Of a stretch of DNA of 64,000 bases, positions 37,945 to 49,606 are shown in pieces; within the stretch, counting starts at the first letter, position 1, and every line of letters starts with the position of its first letter. The translations under genes and the position numbers were made by a program. Source of the DNA: Aplysia californica. Its lineage: Eukaryota. The notes beneath the pieces were generated by a model. That model made no database searches and was not told the DNA's origin. It was given only the letters and a program-made list of their open reading frames with translations. The stretch covers positions 630,935 through 694,934 of the forward strand of contig NW_004797603.1 in NCBI RefSeq assembly GCF_000002075.1, in the 5' to 3' direction.

Positions 37945-38326
37945 TTAACATCATCTTTTTTAAAAAAGAATTTATTTTTGAAAAATAAAAACTGATGCTT
38001 CGTAGTGTTCTGAAATCAAGGTTATCCTAAATCCTGAAAACGTTCGGAGCCAACCAGGTAACCATCAGAAGAAATCACATAATTAGAAAGTAAGTAATTG
38101 GGTTCGGAGTCGATTCCCACGATTCCTAGCTTTCAATAATCGGGAACCTAGCCACCCAGGACTACCGAGCACCCAACATCAACAGAACAGATCACATGCA
38201 TAAACATTTATTACACAGAACCAGCTATGGAAACCACTACAGCTCCATATTTATCAGACTGCCCTCCTCCCTTCACCAAACTTCTGTTTTAACTTACGTC
38301 CTTTTGAGTCTCACTCATACATGCTA

Positions 38327-39105
38327 CAATAGAACATGGCTATAGCGGGACATTTGGTTCCAGAATAAAAATCCCCCTGTAGTCAAGTTCCGCCTTTCGG
38401 AATGCAAAGGGGAAATTAATGACAAATTTCTTAAAATCCACATGATTACCTCCCTTCCATATCAAGAAAATTTGCGCTTTTGATAAAAGTCTTCCATTTC
38501 TTGTCAACTTCATCGGTTATCTTGGCCTTTAATTCGAGGGAGAAGCGTTTCCTTTTGTCTTTGTCGGAAGCCATCTTTTCCTCGGTCTCGTTGCTTGTGC
38601 TGTCTATCATACCGGTAGGCCAACTGTAGAGCTGGTGAAATGGATGCGTGCGTATGTATAGAAGCATCAACGATTGCAGTTCAATGAATCAGGAATCTCA
38701 CACTACACATTCTCCTCTTCTATTACTTTTTGGTCTAGCCTAGGCCTAGGGTTATGGCCTATACGCTCTCATACTGAGCGCCTAATCTACGGAACATCAC
38801 TTTTGGAGTTGCTCACGTAACGCGTCTCTCAGCACCATCTCTCTCTGCCACCTGCCCCACTTCACTCATCAGTGGACAGACCAATCAAAACACTGCACTG
38901 CTGACTGCCTGTTTGGAGCCCGCCTACAGCCCCCCAACCCCTTTCCCCCCCAGCTAAAGCTCGCTCGATCTCTTTCGCTGAATCCAAATTCGGAACTTTC
39001 CTTGCATTGCAAAACCCGAGCACAGGTAATTAATTGAGTTTACATAGAGAAAGGATTCTGGTAAGGTCCCGCTGTAGCGGGTGCCGCTATAGTCGTGTTC
39101 TACTG
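38327..39105 (-). mobile_element. pogo/Tigger deletion derivative
   Basis: TA|CAATAGAACATGGCTATAGCGG...CCGCTATAGTCGTGTTCTACTG|TA; remnant MASDKDKRKRFSLELKAKITDEVDK (HTH_psq-like). Confidence 0.85.
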
Positions 39106-39873
39106 TACCGCAATTACATCTTTCTCATTTCAGACATGCTCTTGATCAATGAATCTCATCTAAAAATTATAATTTTCAACTGCATGTTTTAGTAAAATAA
39201 AAAAAAGTATCAGGTACTTAGATAAAGTAAAAAATACCACTTTGTACCACGACCGAACAATCTGACAATCAAAATTAAAAAAAAAAAAACCCTGAGGAAT
39301 TTTAACAGTAGTACAGCCTACCGGTGGTAAAACTCCAACCATCCACGAACATAAACCAACTGTTTCATTCCACTGTGTACACAGCAACGCAAGCATAAAG
39401 GCAATATTTCCATGTTTGCATAAATATTGGTATGAGAATCACTTTAGAGGTAAATCTGCCAGTGACAAAACTGCAAAAATCATCCAAAAAGAATATAGTA
39501 TAGAATATAGTATAGACAATAGCCCAGAGACATAGAACATCATTTCTAAAAAATAAAAGCAAGACATAAGAGTCCCAGCCTGACTGGGAGAAGCTGACGA
39601 CAATATCAGCCTGAAAGCTGATCTCCAAAATGTGTGTATAGAAACATTACACAGTCTAAACGATCATCATCGTGTAATCTGTGGGGATGCACAAAGCTTT
39701 TGGTTATGCCAAAATTAGGCCACCATGTTGAAATTCCTGGGTATATTAGAAATATTAGAAAAAATTCAGGACCGCAACATCTGTTTGTTGTGTGCTTTTT
39801 TAACACAGTGTCTGCTTGGCTGTATTACTCTTCATTAATTTTATATTCAGAATAATTGGACTCGTTACTATAC

Positions 39874-40062
39874 CAGGATTGCCAACTTTTGAGATACTGA
39901 ATTCTGGAATTTTGATAGCGCCAGAGAGCCACAGACACACACTTCTGTGATAGGCTACTAAAGTTACTAAATAAAAACACCCACACCGTTTCGGGAAAGG
40001 TTCAGGAACGACGAAGGCAATTCGGGAATTTCCCGAAAACCTCGGGAAGGTTGGCAAGCCTG
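39874..40062. mobile_element. MITE, CAGG(A/C)TTGCCAAC TIR, 6-bp TSD CTATAC
   Basis: CTATAC|CAGGATTGCCAAC...GTTGGCAAGCCTG|CTATAC. Confidence 0.85.
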
Positions 40063-42182
40063 CTATACTGATATCTTCTTGCTCTATTCCCACCTTAACA
40101 TGAACAGGTTGCAAACTAAAAATCTCTTGAGACTGAAGGTGATAATTAAGGCTCCCGTTTTACAAAGTTAATCTATTATTTCTCTCCAATCATAATATGA
40201 CTAAGAAAAGACATTGCAAGTGAGATTCCCCTGTAATTAAAAAATCCAGGGTGCCGAAGTAGAGGTAGTCCGACTCGAGTTGAAGAGACACGCACCAACA
40301 TGACAGTAGTTCTACATCGCTGGGACAAAAAAATTGGGCGACGGGCAAAACAAGAGCAAAAACTACGGGGGCGGCGCAGAAGAAGAGGAGGGAGGGGGCC
40401 CATCATTGTACAGCCTGCTGGTGATGAGGACCCAATCCCTCCTTACTCAACAGCTTCACTCACACTGTCTGCAGACGCTGAATGAAATGACTGCAGCACA
40501 ATGCAGTCTAAACCAAGCAAAGCTCAGGCAACAATAAATAGCTATTTCACTTACTCTAAGCTATCACATAAGCCCCCCGGCTTATTCATTTTCAGTTATT
40601 TTCCAGCTTGCCACAACCGACCATCATGTGAAACATTAAACCTAAAATCTAGATATCAAAATGAAACTCCTTTTTTTTTGGAAATGGCAAAGTACCCTCA
40701 GTACTACTAGTACCGCTACTGGGTTGGCTACTTCAATTTTCGGTGCATTTTTGAAACTTTTATACATTGGTTTATATTTTTTCAATGAAACTGTGTTGTT
40801 CCTAAATACTAAATTGGAAAAGTTGTCATTACAGTAATTTACTAAAATTTCATGACCTCTTGTTTCTTTATTCACTGAAGGAGAAATACAACAGATCTCT
40901 TCCTACTTGTACAGGGGTATGAGGTTGAATGAGCCGCCCCAATTCCAACCTCCCGTTTATTAATTTTGGACTACTTGTCCACCACACCACCCTCCCCCTT
41001 TTTTTAATACCTGAGAGTAACCTACACCAGTATGACATACAGCCCGTGTCACGAAAATGAGCAACCTTTGGCGCCATGCAGTATGTACTAGCAAGAAAAA
41101 CAAAACAATACAAAACTTCTTGGTTCCCCCAACACCACAGAACTAAAAGGTCCTGGAATTCTATTATGGTTTCCAAAGATGACACAAAGTGCTGGGCAAT
41201 TCAGACTTCACCGAAAGGAGAGGGAATTAATTAGGACTAACCAGTTGGTAGTCTTTGCTCTACTAATAAAATTTCAAAAAAGAACTTTATTACTTTATTC
41301 AAAGAGTTCATGGGTATTTCCTTTCTTTTAACCAGTGAATGATGGAAACCAACTCCCAAGAACAAGGGGGGGGGGAAGAATCATTTGAGGTAGGCAGCCA
41401 TGTCATCCATAGGACGAAATTGACTCTTTTCAGCCTGAGTCAGTTCTTTAAGCCCAGGCTCTACAAAGGAAAATACTGACCCAAACAGACGCTAGTCGAC
41501 AAACATTAGGTAAAAGTAAGGTAAATGGGGGAATGGATCGACTTTGAAGAGAATGAGCTATACTATTGTTTAAGGTGTACCCAAGCATCCAAAACCATTA
41601 CAAAACATTATTTTTAAAAACTTTTAAAACACAAGTTAGTCAAAATACAACAAATTCTCTTAAAAATGAAATTTGTTTATTTTTTCCGTTTCTTTCATTA
41701 GATTGACCAAATTCAGGGACAGAGAAATCTGTTATAAATGACACAAATTAGCAAATTTTTAAAAGATGTATATTCCTCCTTTTTGAAATACAAGCTCCAT
41801 AATCTTTGTCATTTCAGTAACAACAACAGTGGATCACTCTATCATGAGAAACTAAATTAAGTCTAGCTTTTAGAAAAGCAAGGGTAGCTACATTTCCAAA
41901 CACAATTTATATTTTTTATAAAAGATATTAAATCTATCCCAATATCAATACAAGAAAGAATTTACTCAGTCATTCAAGTTGAAGTTGCAGCCAGTATCAA
42001 GTACATCAAGCTTCCACAAGTTCATAGGCTCAAAAGGGGCTCTGATATATTTTTAAAAAAAACAACAACAAAAAGCTCCTTATGAAAGACACAAACAACT
42101 CCACTATTAGTGACACAGAACATGAACATGATACAAACAGTTTCTCACTCCACTTCCCCTAACCCATCCACCGGCATGAACG

Positions 42183-42353
42183 CTACATAGAGTTGACATG
42201 TCTGGACAGGTGGAACTCGGCAAACCGCTGGCGTAAATTCTGCCGAAGCTTCTGCCGTTTACTCTCTACCTCCCCTTGTTTTGCCTTGAACGCCAAGATC
42301 TCCTCCTCCGAAATACCCTGGTCCTCATCCCCACCGTCATCCCAGCAAAGTTC
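42183..42353 (-). CDS. GGNBP2: GGNBP2 terminal coding exon
   Basis: CTTTCAG acceptor; ELCWDD...ISEEEILAFKA...KRQKLRQNLRQRFAEF...*, matching the GGNBP2 C-terminal IsxxEI..F...R..LR..L...F motif. Confidence 0.92.
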   Translation of the reverse strand, partial: ELCWDDGGDEDQGISEEEILAFKAKQGEVESKRQKLRQNLRQRFAEFHLSRHVNSM

Positions 42354-42503
42354 CTGAAAGATCAATAATATAATTGTTTTTATCTAAATAACATGATTAC
42401 GACATCAATCTAAGTAACATAAGTAACTAATTGATGATATTTAATTTATAACTAAAAAAAAAAATAGCTTGTTCACTTTCATCTGAAAGTTTTCTGTTTT
42501 TAA

Positions 42504-43362
42504 CTCTTGTCCTGCGTCTGTGCTGAGATGCGAATCTTATCAGCAACCGATTACGTCAGACGTTCCGGGCAGGCCGCCGGGGTCACTCAGTGTGTACTGT
42601 TGGTGTACAGCGCGCGCGCCTGGAAACGTGTGTTTTCGCCATGAATGCTAAGGGAGTGTGTTAATCGATGATGAAAATAACGCTCTATCTTTCATAGCTT
42701 TCTATTTATAAAGTGTTACAAACACATGAATAACCCCCTATCATAAGCTGATAAGACATTACGAGTAGTTATGCCAATTCGAATAACCTTTCTAGATGCT
42801 CTTGTTGTTATGAATGACCAGGGGTTCGAAAGGGGATAATATAAGTCAATTTCTAAATATGTTTTGCACTCAAACTGTTCTTTTTACCTGCACAATGGTA
42901 TTCAAAATTATCGAACAAGCTTATTTTCTATCAGGTAGTATCATTTCATACAAAATCAAGCTCATTTGAAAGATTTTATATTTAAAAAATGGAAGTCTTG
43001 TTTCCTGACTATCGTTTCAAGCTCCTCATGTCGAAGTGGGTCAATTTGTTCTATAATTTAATAGGACGAACATCTAGAGCTACCAACTTGGCATGTTTTG
43101 AATGAGACGTATGCCTTGGTTACGAACCAAGGCAGGTGGTTCTAGAAGAAGGCCACAAACGCACCCAAACTCAAGCAGTCTGACGCACACACACACTTGA
43201 GCTGCGTGAATGCGGATCCGACTGGGGACCCGAATTGAACGGGAGATTATGCTCGGCTCATTGCGCTGAGCCAGGGGCCAGACTGACGCGGGACCAGAAC
43301 GCAGGCGAGGTGTCGAAATAGGCTTATCGGGCGACATAAACCTGGCCCCCGCAGGACGAGGG
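42504..43362. mobile_element. piggyBac MITE in the last GGNBP2 intron
   Basis: TTAA|CTCTTGTCCTGCG...CGCAGGACGAGGG|TTAA. Confidence 0.85.
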
Positions 43363-43772
43363 TTAAATTAATGAGATAGATATTTAGAGAGAGATTTTTT
43401 CTTTCGGTCAGAACACAACGTACTGATTATGTTACTGTAAAGCTCTCAGAGCCAGTATACTTTAATCAGGGTTGAGCGCTATATAAACGTCACATATCAT
43501 TATTATGTATCGTTATTATTATCTGTCTACGGTTAAAACAGGATATAAACAAATTGCTTTGTTTAATCTTCGCTGGGCTTTGCATGCGGGTCGAAAAGTT
43601 GGATGACCAATAGAATCTAAAAGCTCATTAATAAAGATCATTGTAAACTAAAGTTCCAAAATATTTTCTTTGCTAACAATCGGGAAAACAACAGAAAAAA
43701 AGTGTGAAACTACAAAATGGGTCCAAGAAAACACACTCCCCTCCCAGAAAAGCCCAAATCAATACTACTTAC

Positions 43773-43856
43773 TTCCAAAAGATCTTGCAGAGATGGCTGT
43801 TCACCTGCTTGGAATGGGTATTTGTTACACTGAGAACCATTGCAACCAAAGGATCC
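43773..43856 (-). CDS. GGNBP2: GGNBP2 penultimate exon
   Basis: TTTTTCAG acceptor; GSFGCNGSQCNKYPFQAGEQPSLQDLLE (SLxxLL motif preceding the conserved C-terminus); GAA|GTAAGT donor; 84 nt. Confidence 0.85.
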
Positions 43857-43904
43857 CTGAAAAACAAAGTATTCTTTAAGATTCTATAAACTCATTTCCA
43901 TGTA

Positions 43905-44834
43905 AGAGGGGGGTTCAATAAGTCTTTGGTCTGGGTATGAAGGAATCATGGTAGAGTAATGAAATCTCGCCAGTCTTTAGACCATTTCTTTGGAAGACAC
44001 CATGCAAATTTTCGGGAAAATCCGACAATAATAAGGCACTAGTCAGCGTGTTCAATGAAAGCATGCCCAAAAATGCCTGGCGGGTACCCTGCCTTTTGAC
44101 AAGTGAGCAAAAGAAGCAGAGGGTTGAGTCCTGCAAAACTCTCCTTTGAATTGAGTGCAATAACACAAATTTCTTTAAAAACATGGTGACTGTGGATGAA
44201 ACATGGACTTATCATTTTAATCCCGAACAAAAAATCACCATGCAATGGAAAACCCCTTCTTCTCCCTCATCAAAGAAGGCAAAGGTAACACCGTCAAGTG
44301 GAAAGGTCATGCTGTCGTGTTTCTGGGATTGTGAAGGTATCATCATGACTGACTACTTGGAAAATGGAAAAACAGTCACACGGGACTACTATTCGGGTTT
44401 GCCGATAAAATTACGGTCCGATTTGGTGAGAAAAATGTGCGGAAAACTCTGTAATGGGGTACTCCTACTGTATGACAATGCCCCTGTGCACAGGGCACAA
44501 CAAACAGCCCAGGCAGCAGAACAGTGTGGCTTTGAAATCCTGCCACACCCAACTTATTCACCAGATCTAATTCAGACTTTTTTCTGTTTCCTAATCTTCA
44601 AAAATCACTGAAAGGACGTCCTTTCCATTATGAGGACGCCATTGAAGCTGTGGAAAACTGGGGCCCATTGTGTGTCATTTTTTACTCAAGGACTTTTGAA
44701 GGTTAAAGAGAGTTGGCAGAAATGTGTTACTCAGCATGGTGACTATGTAGAGAAATGAAAGTATGTGTGCCAAGTTACAAAGCTTTATCTTTATTCCTTC
44801 CTATTTAGACCAAAGACTTATTGAAAACCCCTCA
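43905..44834 (+). mobile_element. mariner (DD34D-type) element, internally deleted and frameshifted
   Basis: TA TSDs; TIR GAGGGG-TTCAATAAGTCTTTGGTCT; motifs RVPCLLT, VTVDETW, GKVMLSCFWD, LLYDNAPVH, HPTYSPDL. Confidence 0.93.
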
Positions 44835-45058
44835 TAAATGATTCATACAATACTTTCGACTACAATAAATAACAGAAAGGGAAGACAAAACTGGTAATAG
44901 AAACTTCATTTAGCATTCTGAAATTTTTATAAAGGAAGAGTTGCATTTTAAGGAAATGACTAAATGTGTGTGTGTGTGCCTGGTGAAAGGTACCAAACGA
45001 CGCATTGTGAAGAATCCAGTTTCTTTGCATTTTCATGTACAGAGATCATTTCAGAACA

Positions 45059-45307
45059 ATATGTGAAGTGTGCTGACAAAATGAGTTACTTCTCGGATTC
45101 AAACCTTACGGAAATAGAAACATCATGCTTATAAGAGAAGTTTTATAATTTATAAGTATGAAATAAGAGGCATGTTATACATTAAAAATAGAGCATCAAT
45201 AGAAGATCTACTAATAATACTAATTTGACCTCGATGTTGATTTTTTGGCCAATTTCTCCATTTGCAGATGGCGAGAAGTAACTCATTTTGTCAGCACGCC
45301 ACACATA
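45059..45307. mobile_element. Short MITE with ~36-bp TIR
   Basis: ATATGTGAAGTGTGCTGACAAAATGAGTTACTTCTC...GAGAAGTAACTCATTTTGTCAGCACGCCACACATAT. Confidence 0.85.
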
Positions 45308-45616
45308 TGCTTTTTGAATTTTTAAGATATATATCTTCAGTAATTTTTGAGATATGGGCGATTTTGTAAGGCAGAGTACGGAAACAAAGTTTTGAGGTTG
45401 CCATTAGCACAAACAGCTCGAAATCAGCAGACTCCAATAAGTAATGCCATTTCAGTAATCTCCGATAGACTTGTTTATAAACTATAGGACAATCTTTTAA
45501 AATGGATTTTATGTTAATTTATCAGGCCTCCTGTTCACTTATAATTATTAATTTGATCTCACATGGAGGAAAAAAAAGGTTGCTTGCAGCTAATCAAGGT
45601 CCAATAATTCACTTAC

Positions 45617-45708
45617 CTGTTGACCTCTTGTTCGCTTCGGAGAGTTCCTCAGCATATCACAGTCACAGCTATCTACACTGTCTGTGAAAGAGCCTGAACA
45701 TTCTCCCT
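45617..45708 (-). CDS. GGNBP2: GGNBP2 exon
   Basis: CTGACAG acceptor; EGECSGSFTDSVDSCDCDMLRNSPKRTRGQQ open in phase 1; CAG|GTAAGT donor; 92 nt. Confidence 0.82.
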
Positions 45709-46087
45709 CTGTCAGTGAAAAAACAACAACAAGGCTTTAAGGATAGCTTGACAGGAAAAGGGCACACTATATTTCAATGAACCAAAAAATAAAAAATAAT
45801 GAAATAAAAAAATTATACCCCCTCCCCTATAAAAAGTAAATTTTGCTAATGACATGACATTGAGGCCAAAAAGTAACAACAAATGTATTGATATATATTT
45901 TCCATCATGTACTTGTGATGGAGAAAAAAAAAAGAGAGATAAAACTTTAAGATTAACCAGCTATACACTGTAACTCATTCTGTATGATATATTATCTTAC
46001 ACTGCTGCACTTGAAACTGCTAATAAGTCGGCTCTGTAAATCTATACAGACTAGTAACAAATAAGGGTCCAAGGAAAGAATACCCAC

Positions 46088-46346
46088 CTTCTGACCCCTC
46101 ATTTGAACCTTGCATACTGCAGCTTTCACAGCTATCTTCGTCAGTCCACCGATCCCTTCTGTTCTGCCTACTACTACTTGAACCTCCGTCGAGACAGCCC
46201 TGGCAGTTCTTCAGAGATAAATCACAGCTTTGAAAGGACAGAGTTAGAGAGTTGAAGTTGGCGTCACCGCACGACTCTCTGTTTCCGCGCAGATGTTGAT
46301 GGAAGTTGTTATTCTTTTCCGCGTTGTCATTATCAACTGACAAACA
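46088..46346 (-). CDS. GGNBP2: GGNBP2 exon (low complexity, Ser/Asn/Cys-rich)
   Basis: TTTGCAG acceptor; CLSVDND...CESCSMQGSNEGSE, with GSxEGS as in GGNBP2; donor AAG|GTGGGT gives the phase 1 needed by the next exon; 259 nt. Confidence 0.85.
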
Positions 46347-47227
46347 CTGCAAAGGAAATAAAATTGAAGAAATATTTGTCAAAAGCAAATCACAATAGCA
46401 ACACGAAAGTTCAGAAGCATCTTAAACTTGAATACTGACATTACAAACCAAAAGACATGTAACAAAATAAAAGAACATGTATTTGTAGAGAATTGATACA
46501 ATTCTTGGAGCACCCCGTCACTGAAATTATAATTCAAAGTCTTTTCTCCTCCATAATGTTTCATATACAGTCGAACCTGTGTAAGACGGAATCGCAAGGG
46601 AGCCAGAAAAAAATTATGTCTTAGACAGGGGAGTTTAGGGGGAGATGGAGGGTGGGTGGGGGGGTCAAAGGCCCAGCCGGTGGGATCAAGGTTCTCTTGT
46701 CCTATCAGCAAGCAGTGGTCAAAACTTCACACCTCTCAAATGCTATCCTGTCTGATAATGACATGCGTCAGTCCTACTTATCCAGTTAGCACCAGTGCTT
46801 GCTTTTCATAGGACCACTGTTTGACCTATTAAAAAGAGAAACGTTTGAACATCTCCTTTGCTTCCACCCTTAGGGAAAGTGAAAGTCACAGCCTGCGTTG
46901 AACTGGGTAGACCAAACACCATGACATAAAAGAAAACACTGACATAAGTCAATGCTAAAAAAAGTTCACTTTCTATTCGTAACTTACCCTGCTCTGGATG
47001 AAAAGTAACAATCTTTATTACAAAATTCAAAACTTCCCAGATTATACAAAAGGGCACTTAAACAATCCTGAAAACACTTTGAGCTTGAAGTGGACCTATC
47101 AGGCTGTTAATTTTTTTCCCCAAGCCACAGGAAGTAAAAGCCAGATAGACTTGGCACAGAACAATAGTATACAAAAGGGAAGTGGTACAACAAAATATCT
47201 GATGACAATAACCAACCAACTTCTTAC

Positions 47228-47434
47228 CTTGCATGGAATCTCTTCTAATCCAACACCATTACTGCAGGAATTGTTGTTCACACTATTGCATATTTGTGTT
47301 TGAGCCTTGGCTTTTTTCTGGCGTCGTTTCAATCTCTTCAATTCTTTCTTCTCCTCTTGCCTCTTCTCTTTCTCCTCAAGTTCCTCACACAGCAGTTCCA
47401 GATTTGAAGCTCCCTGCTTTTCTTCCAAAGCAAC
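47228..47434 (-). CDS. GGNBP2: GGNBP2 exon (basic coiled-coil segment)
   Basis: VALEEKQGASNLELLCEELEEKEKRQEEKKELKRLKRRQKK...EIPCK; CTCCAG acceptor; AAG|GTAAGA donor; 207 nt. Confidence 0.94.
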
Positions 47435-47804
47435 CTGGAGATGGTGCAAATAAAACATCATTATACTTACTCGAATCATACAAATCTTAAGATACCGCAA
47501 GCAAAAAAAATAAAATAAATAAAAACCATAGCACAATAGAGAACGTTCGAACTAATAAATATAAGAAGGGCTGCCTACCTAAAATGTCCCATTTCAGGTA
47601 AATTCAGGGTCAGTTTCAGGTATTTTGGCCCCAAATCAGGTAGTACAAAGAGAAAGAAGGGGAAAAAAAAAGATGATCGTCACCCCATCAAACGTGCTTG
47701 TTTTTCGTGATATTGGGTAATTATATTATTTAGAAAACTTAAATGAGCATGCACATGTGTTTGTGTGTATGTGAGTGTGTGCACGCGCATGCATGCTCTC
47801 TGTC

Positions 47805-49022
47805 TCTCTTGTCTCGTCAAAACTTGACTACTGTAATTCTGTTCTGTCCGGTATTTCGTGTGAACGAATGAGGAAACTGCAAGTGACCCAAAATAACACA
47901 GCAAGACTAGTGCTGAAGAAAAAGAAGAAAGATCCTGTATCAAAAATGTTAAAAGCTCTGCATTGGCTTCCAGTTGATAAAAGAATCCAATATAAAGTTT
48001 TTGCCATCTGTTTTAAATGTCTTAACGATAAAGCCCCATCCTATATATCTGAGCTTTTAACACTGTATGTTCATCCATCTCGCCAGTTACGGTCATCCAC
48101 AGATGCAACAAAATTCAGAGCCCCTAGAATGAAACTACGATATTTTGGAGAGAAAAGTTTCTCATTTTTCGGCCAAAAAATCTGGAACATCTTGCCTCAG
48201 GATCTCAGAGAAACAGCAAATTTTGATAGGTTTAAGCGATTGCTCAAGACTCATTTGTTCAATTGTTAGTTATAGAGTGTTAGAAAGTTCAGTTTTTGTT
48301 TAAAAAATTTTTTTTTAGTAGAAGGTCTTACGGCGCTCGCAACTGCATAAGGTCAAATGAGCGCCATCAGTTTTTGTAATATACATACTAAGTATATATA
48401 TATACTAGCTGGGCCCCCTTTTGATGAAAGGAATGATCGGTGCTTTAATATCAACTAAAAGTCATTGGCCTACTATATTTACACTCTACTGGAATGAGAC
48501 AATAAATATTGAGAGATACAAAAAATTAGAAGGTCTAGATCTATACTCTCAAAACAAAATGCGCCCCGCGAAATATCGCTTTCGGAATTTTCTAAAATTA
48601 CACAGACAGAAGCGTCGGCCTACAAAAGCGATCGGCGAAATAAAGAAATGTAGCTTTTAGCAGCAAAACTGTTTCAAAACTGAAAAAACCAAGGGCGCCA
48701 TGATCTGGAGAATATTTTTTAAAATATTTTGGCGAAAACCGCATGTCTATCGATGCAGCCATTAAAAAGCCTTTTGAATAGCAACATTCGGCCACCACAA
48801 ATAGATAATAGATATATCCCTTTTTTCACTGTCCTTTTGTGTATAGTTAATGTATAGTTGTGAAAGTTCTTCTTTATGTGGTTGAACTGGTTTTTCTTGT
48901 TTCTGTAAAATATTTTTTCTTGGGGGAATGATTATGTAATTGGTGTAAAGTGCTCAGAGCTTATACTAGTATGGGTAGAGAGCTATATAAATGCAATCTA
49001 TTATTATTATTATTATTATTAT
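47805..49022 (+). mobile_element. 5'-truncated L2/CR1-group LINE (ORF2 C-terminus plus interrupted 3' UTR)
   Basis: SKLDYCNSVL, KLQVTQN..ARLV, LHWLPV, PSYISELL, LRSS, G..SFS, IWN.LP, FKRLLKTHLF*; stem-loop/(ATT)n tail at ~48940-49022; similar isolated tail at ~43435-43520. Confidence 0.9.
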
Positions 49023-49320
49023 TTATGTAAGTGGGGAGCGGAAGGGGATGTTAAAGTGTGCAAAAGTTAAAATGAACAGTGTGTATGAAATGAGGTGAGT
49101 TTTTTTGTGTGTTTATTTTTTGTTTTTTTTAAAAGCATTTTTGGACCATCATTCACGGCACCTATCATTCAGTATTGAATCTGGAATTGAGTGCAGGGTG
49201 ACTGCCAAACTGACTTCAAAACCCCTAGCCCATACCAATAAAAACAATATTAAAATTATCCAACACTAGCATAGGACACTGGTAAGTCCTTTGTGACTTA
49301 GGTATGAAAGACAATTTTAA

Positions 49321-49606
49321 CTCCTTATCTCCGCGCGCGCGCGCGGGGGGGGGGGGGGGCTTGCTCTAAATCTAAAAATGACAAAAACATCATGAAATAG
49401 ATAATTAAATCGAAACTAGCAAACATATTTTGATTGTTCTTCATCTAATGAATGAACTTCTGGTATAAGAGACCTGTTTTTTGTTTTTGGCAATTGCCGA
49501 AAAGTAATTTCATGTCAAAGTCGTCGTAATGGAAGGCGCCTGACGGCTCACCGGCACTGTGGTTCCGACCGCGAGCCGTTGGGAGAAGCTTGCCGGAGAC
49601 AAAGAG
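49321..49606. mobile_element. TTAA-flanked (piggyBac-type) MITE
   Basis: TTAA|CTCCTTATCTCCG...CGGAGACAAAGAG|TTAA. Confidence 0.8.

Larger units (their letters stand above)
36737..38164. mobile_element. hAT MITE with 8-bp TSD CCGAGCAC (outer element of the nest)
   Basis: CCGAGCAC|TAGGGCTGGG...CCCAGGACTA|CCGAGCAC. Confidence 0.88.
38190..42182 (-). other. GGNBP2: Probable GGNBP2 3' UTR with alternative poly(A) signals
   Basis: Tandem AATAAA at 41299-41294 and 41291-41286; AATAAA at 38212-38207 followed by GU-rich TGTGATCTGTTCTGTTGATGTTGGGT. Confidence 0.5.

Noticed and set aside
40300-40537. Arg-rich short ORFs
   Set aside because: No recognisable homology or splice context; they lie antisense within the probable UTR
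46084-46087. Alternative donor GG|GTATTC for the GGNBP2 46346 exon
   Set aside because: It gives phase 2, out of frame with the 45708 exon
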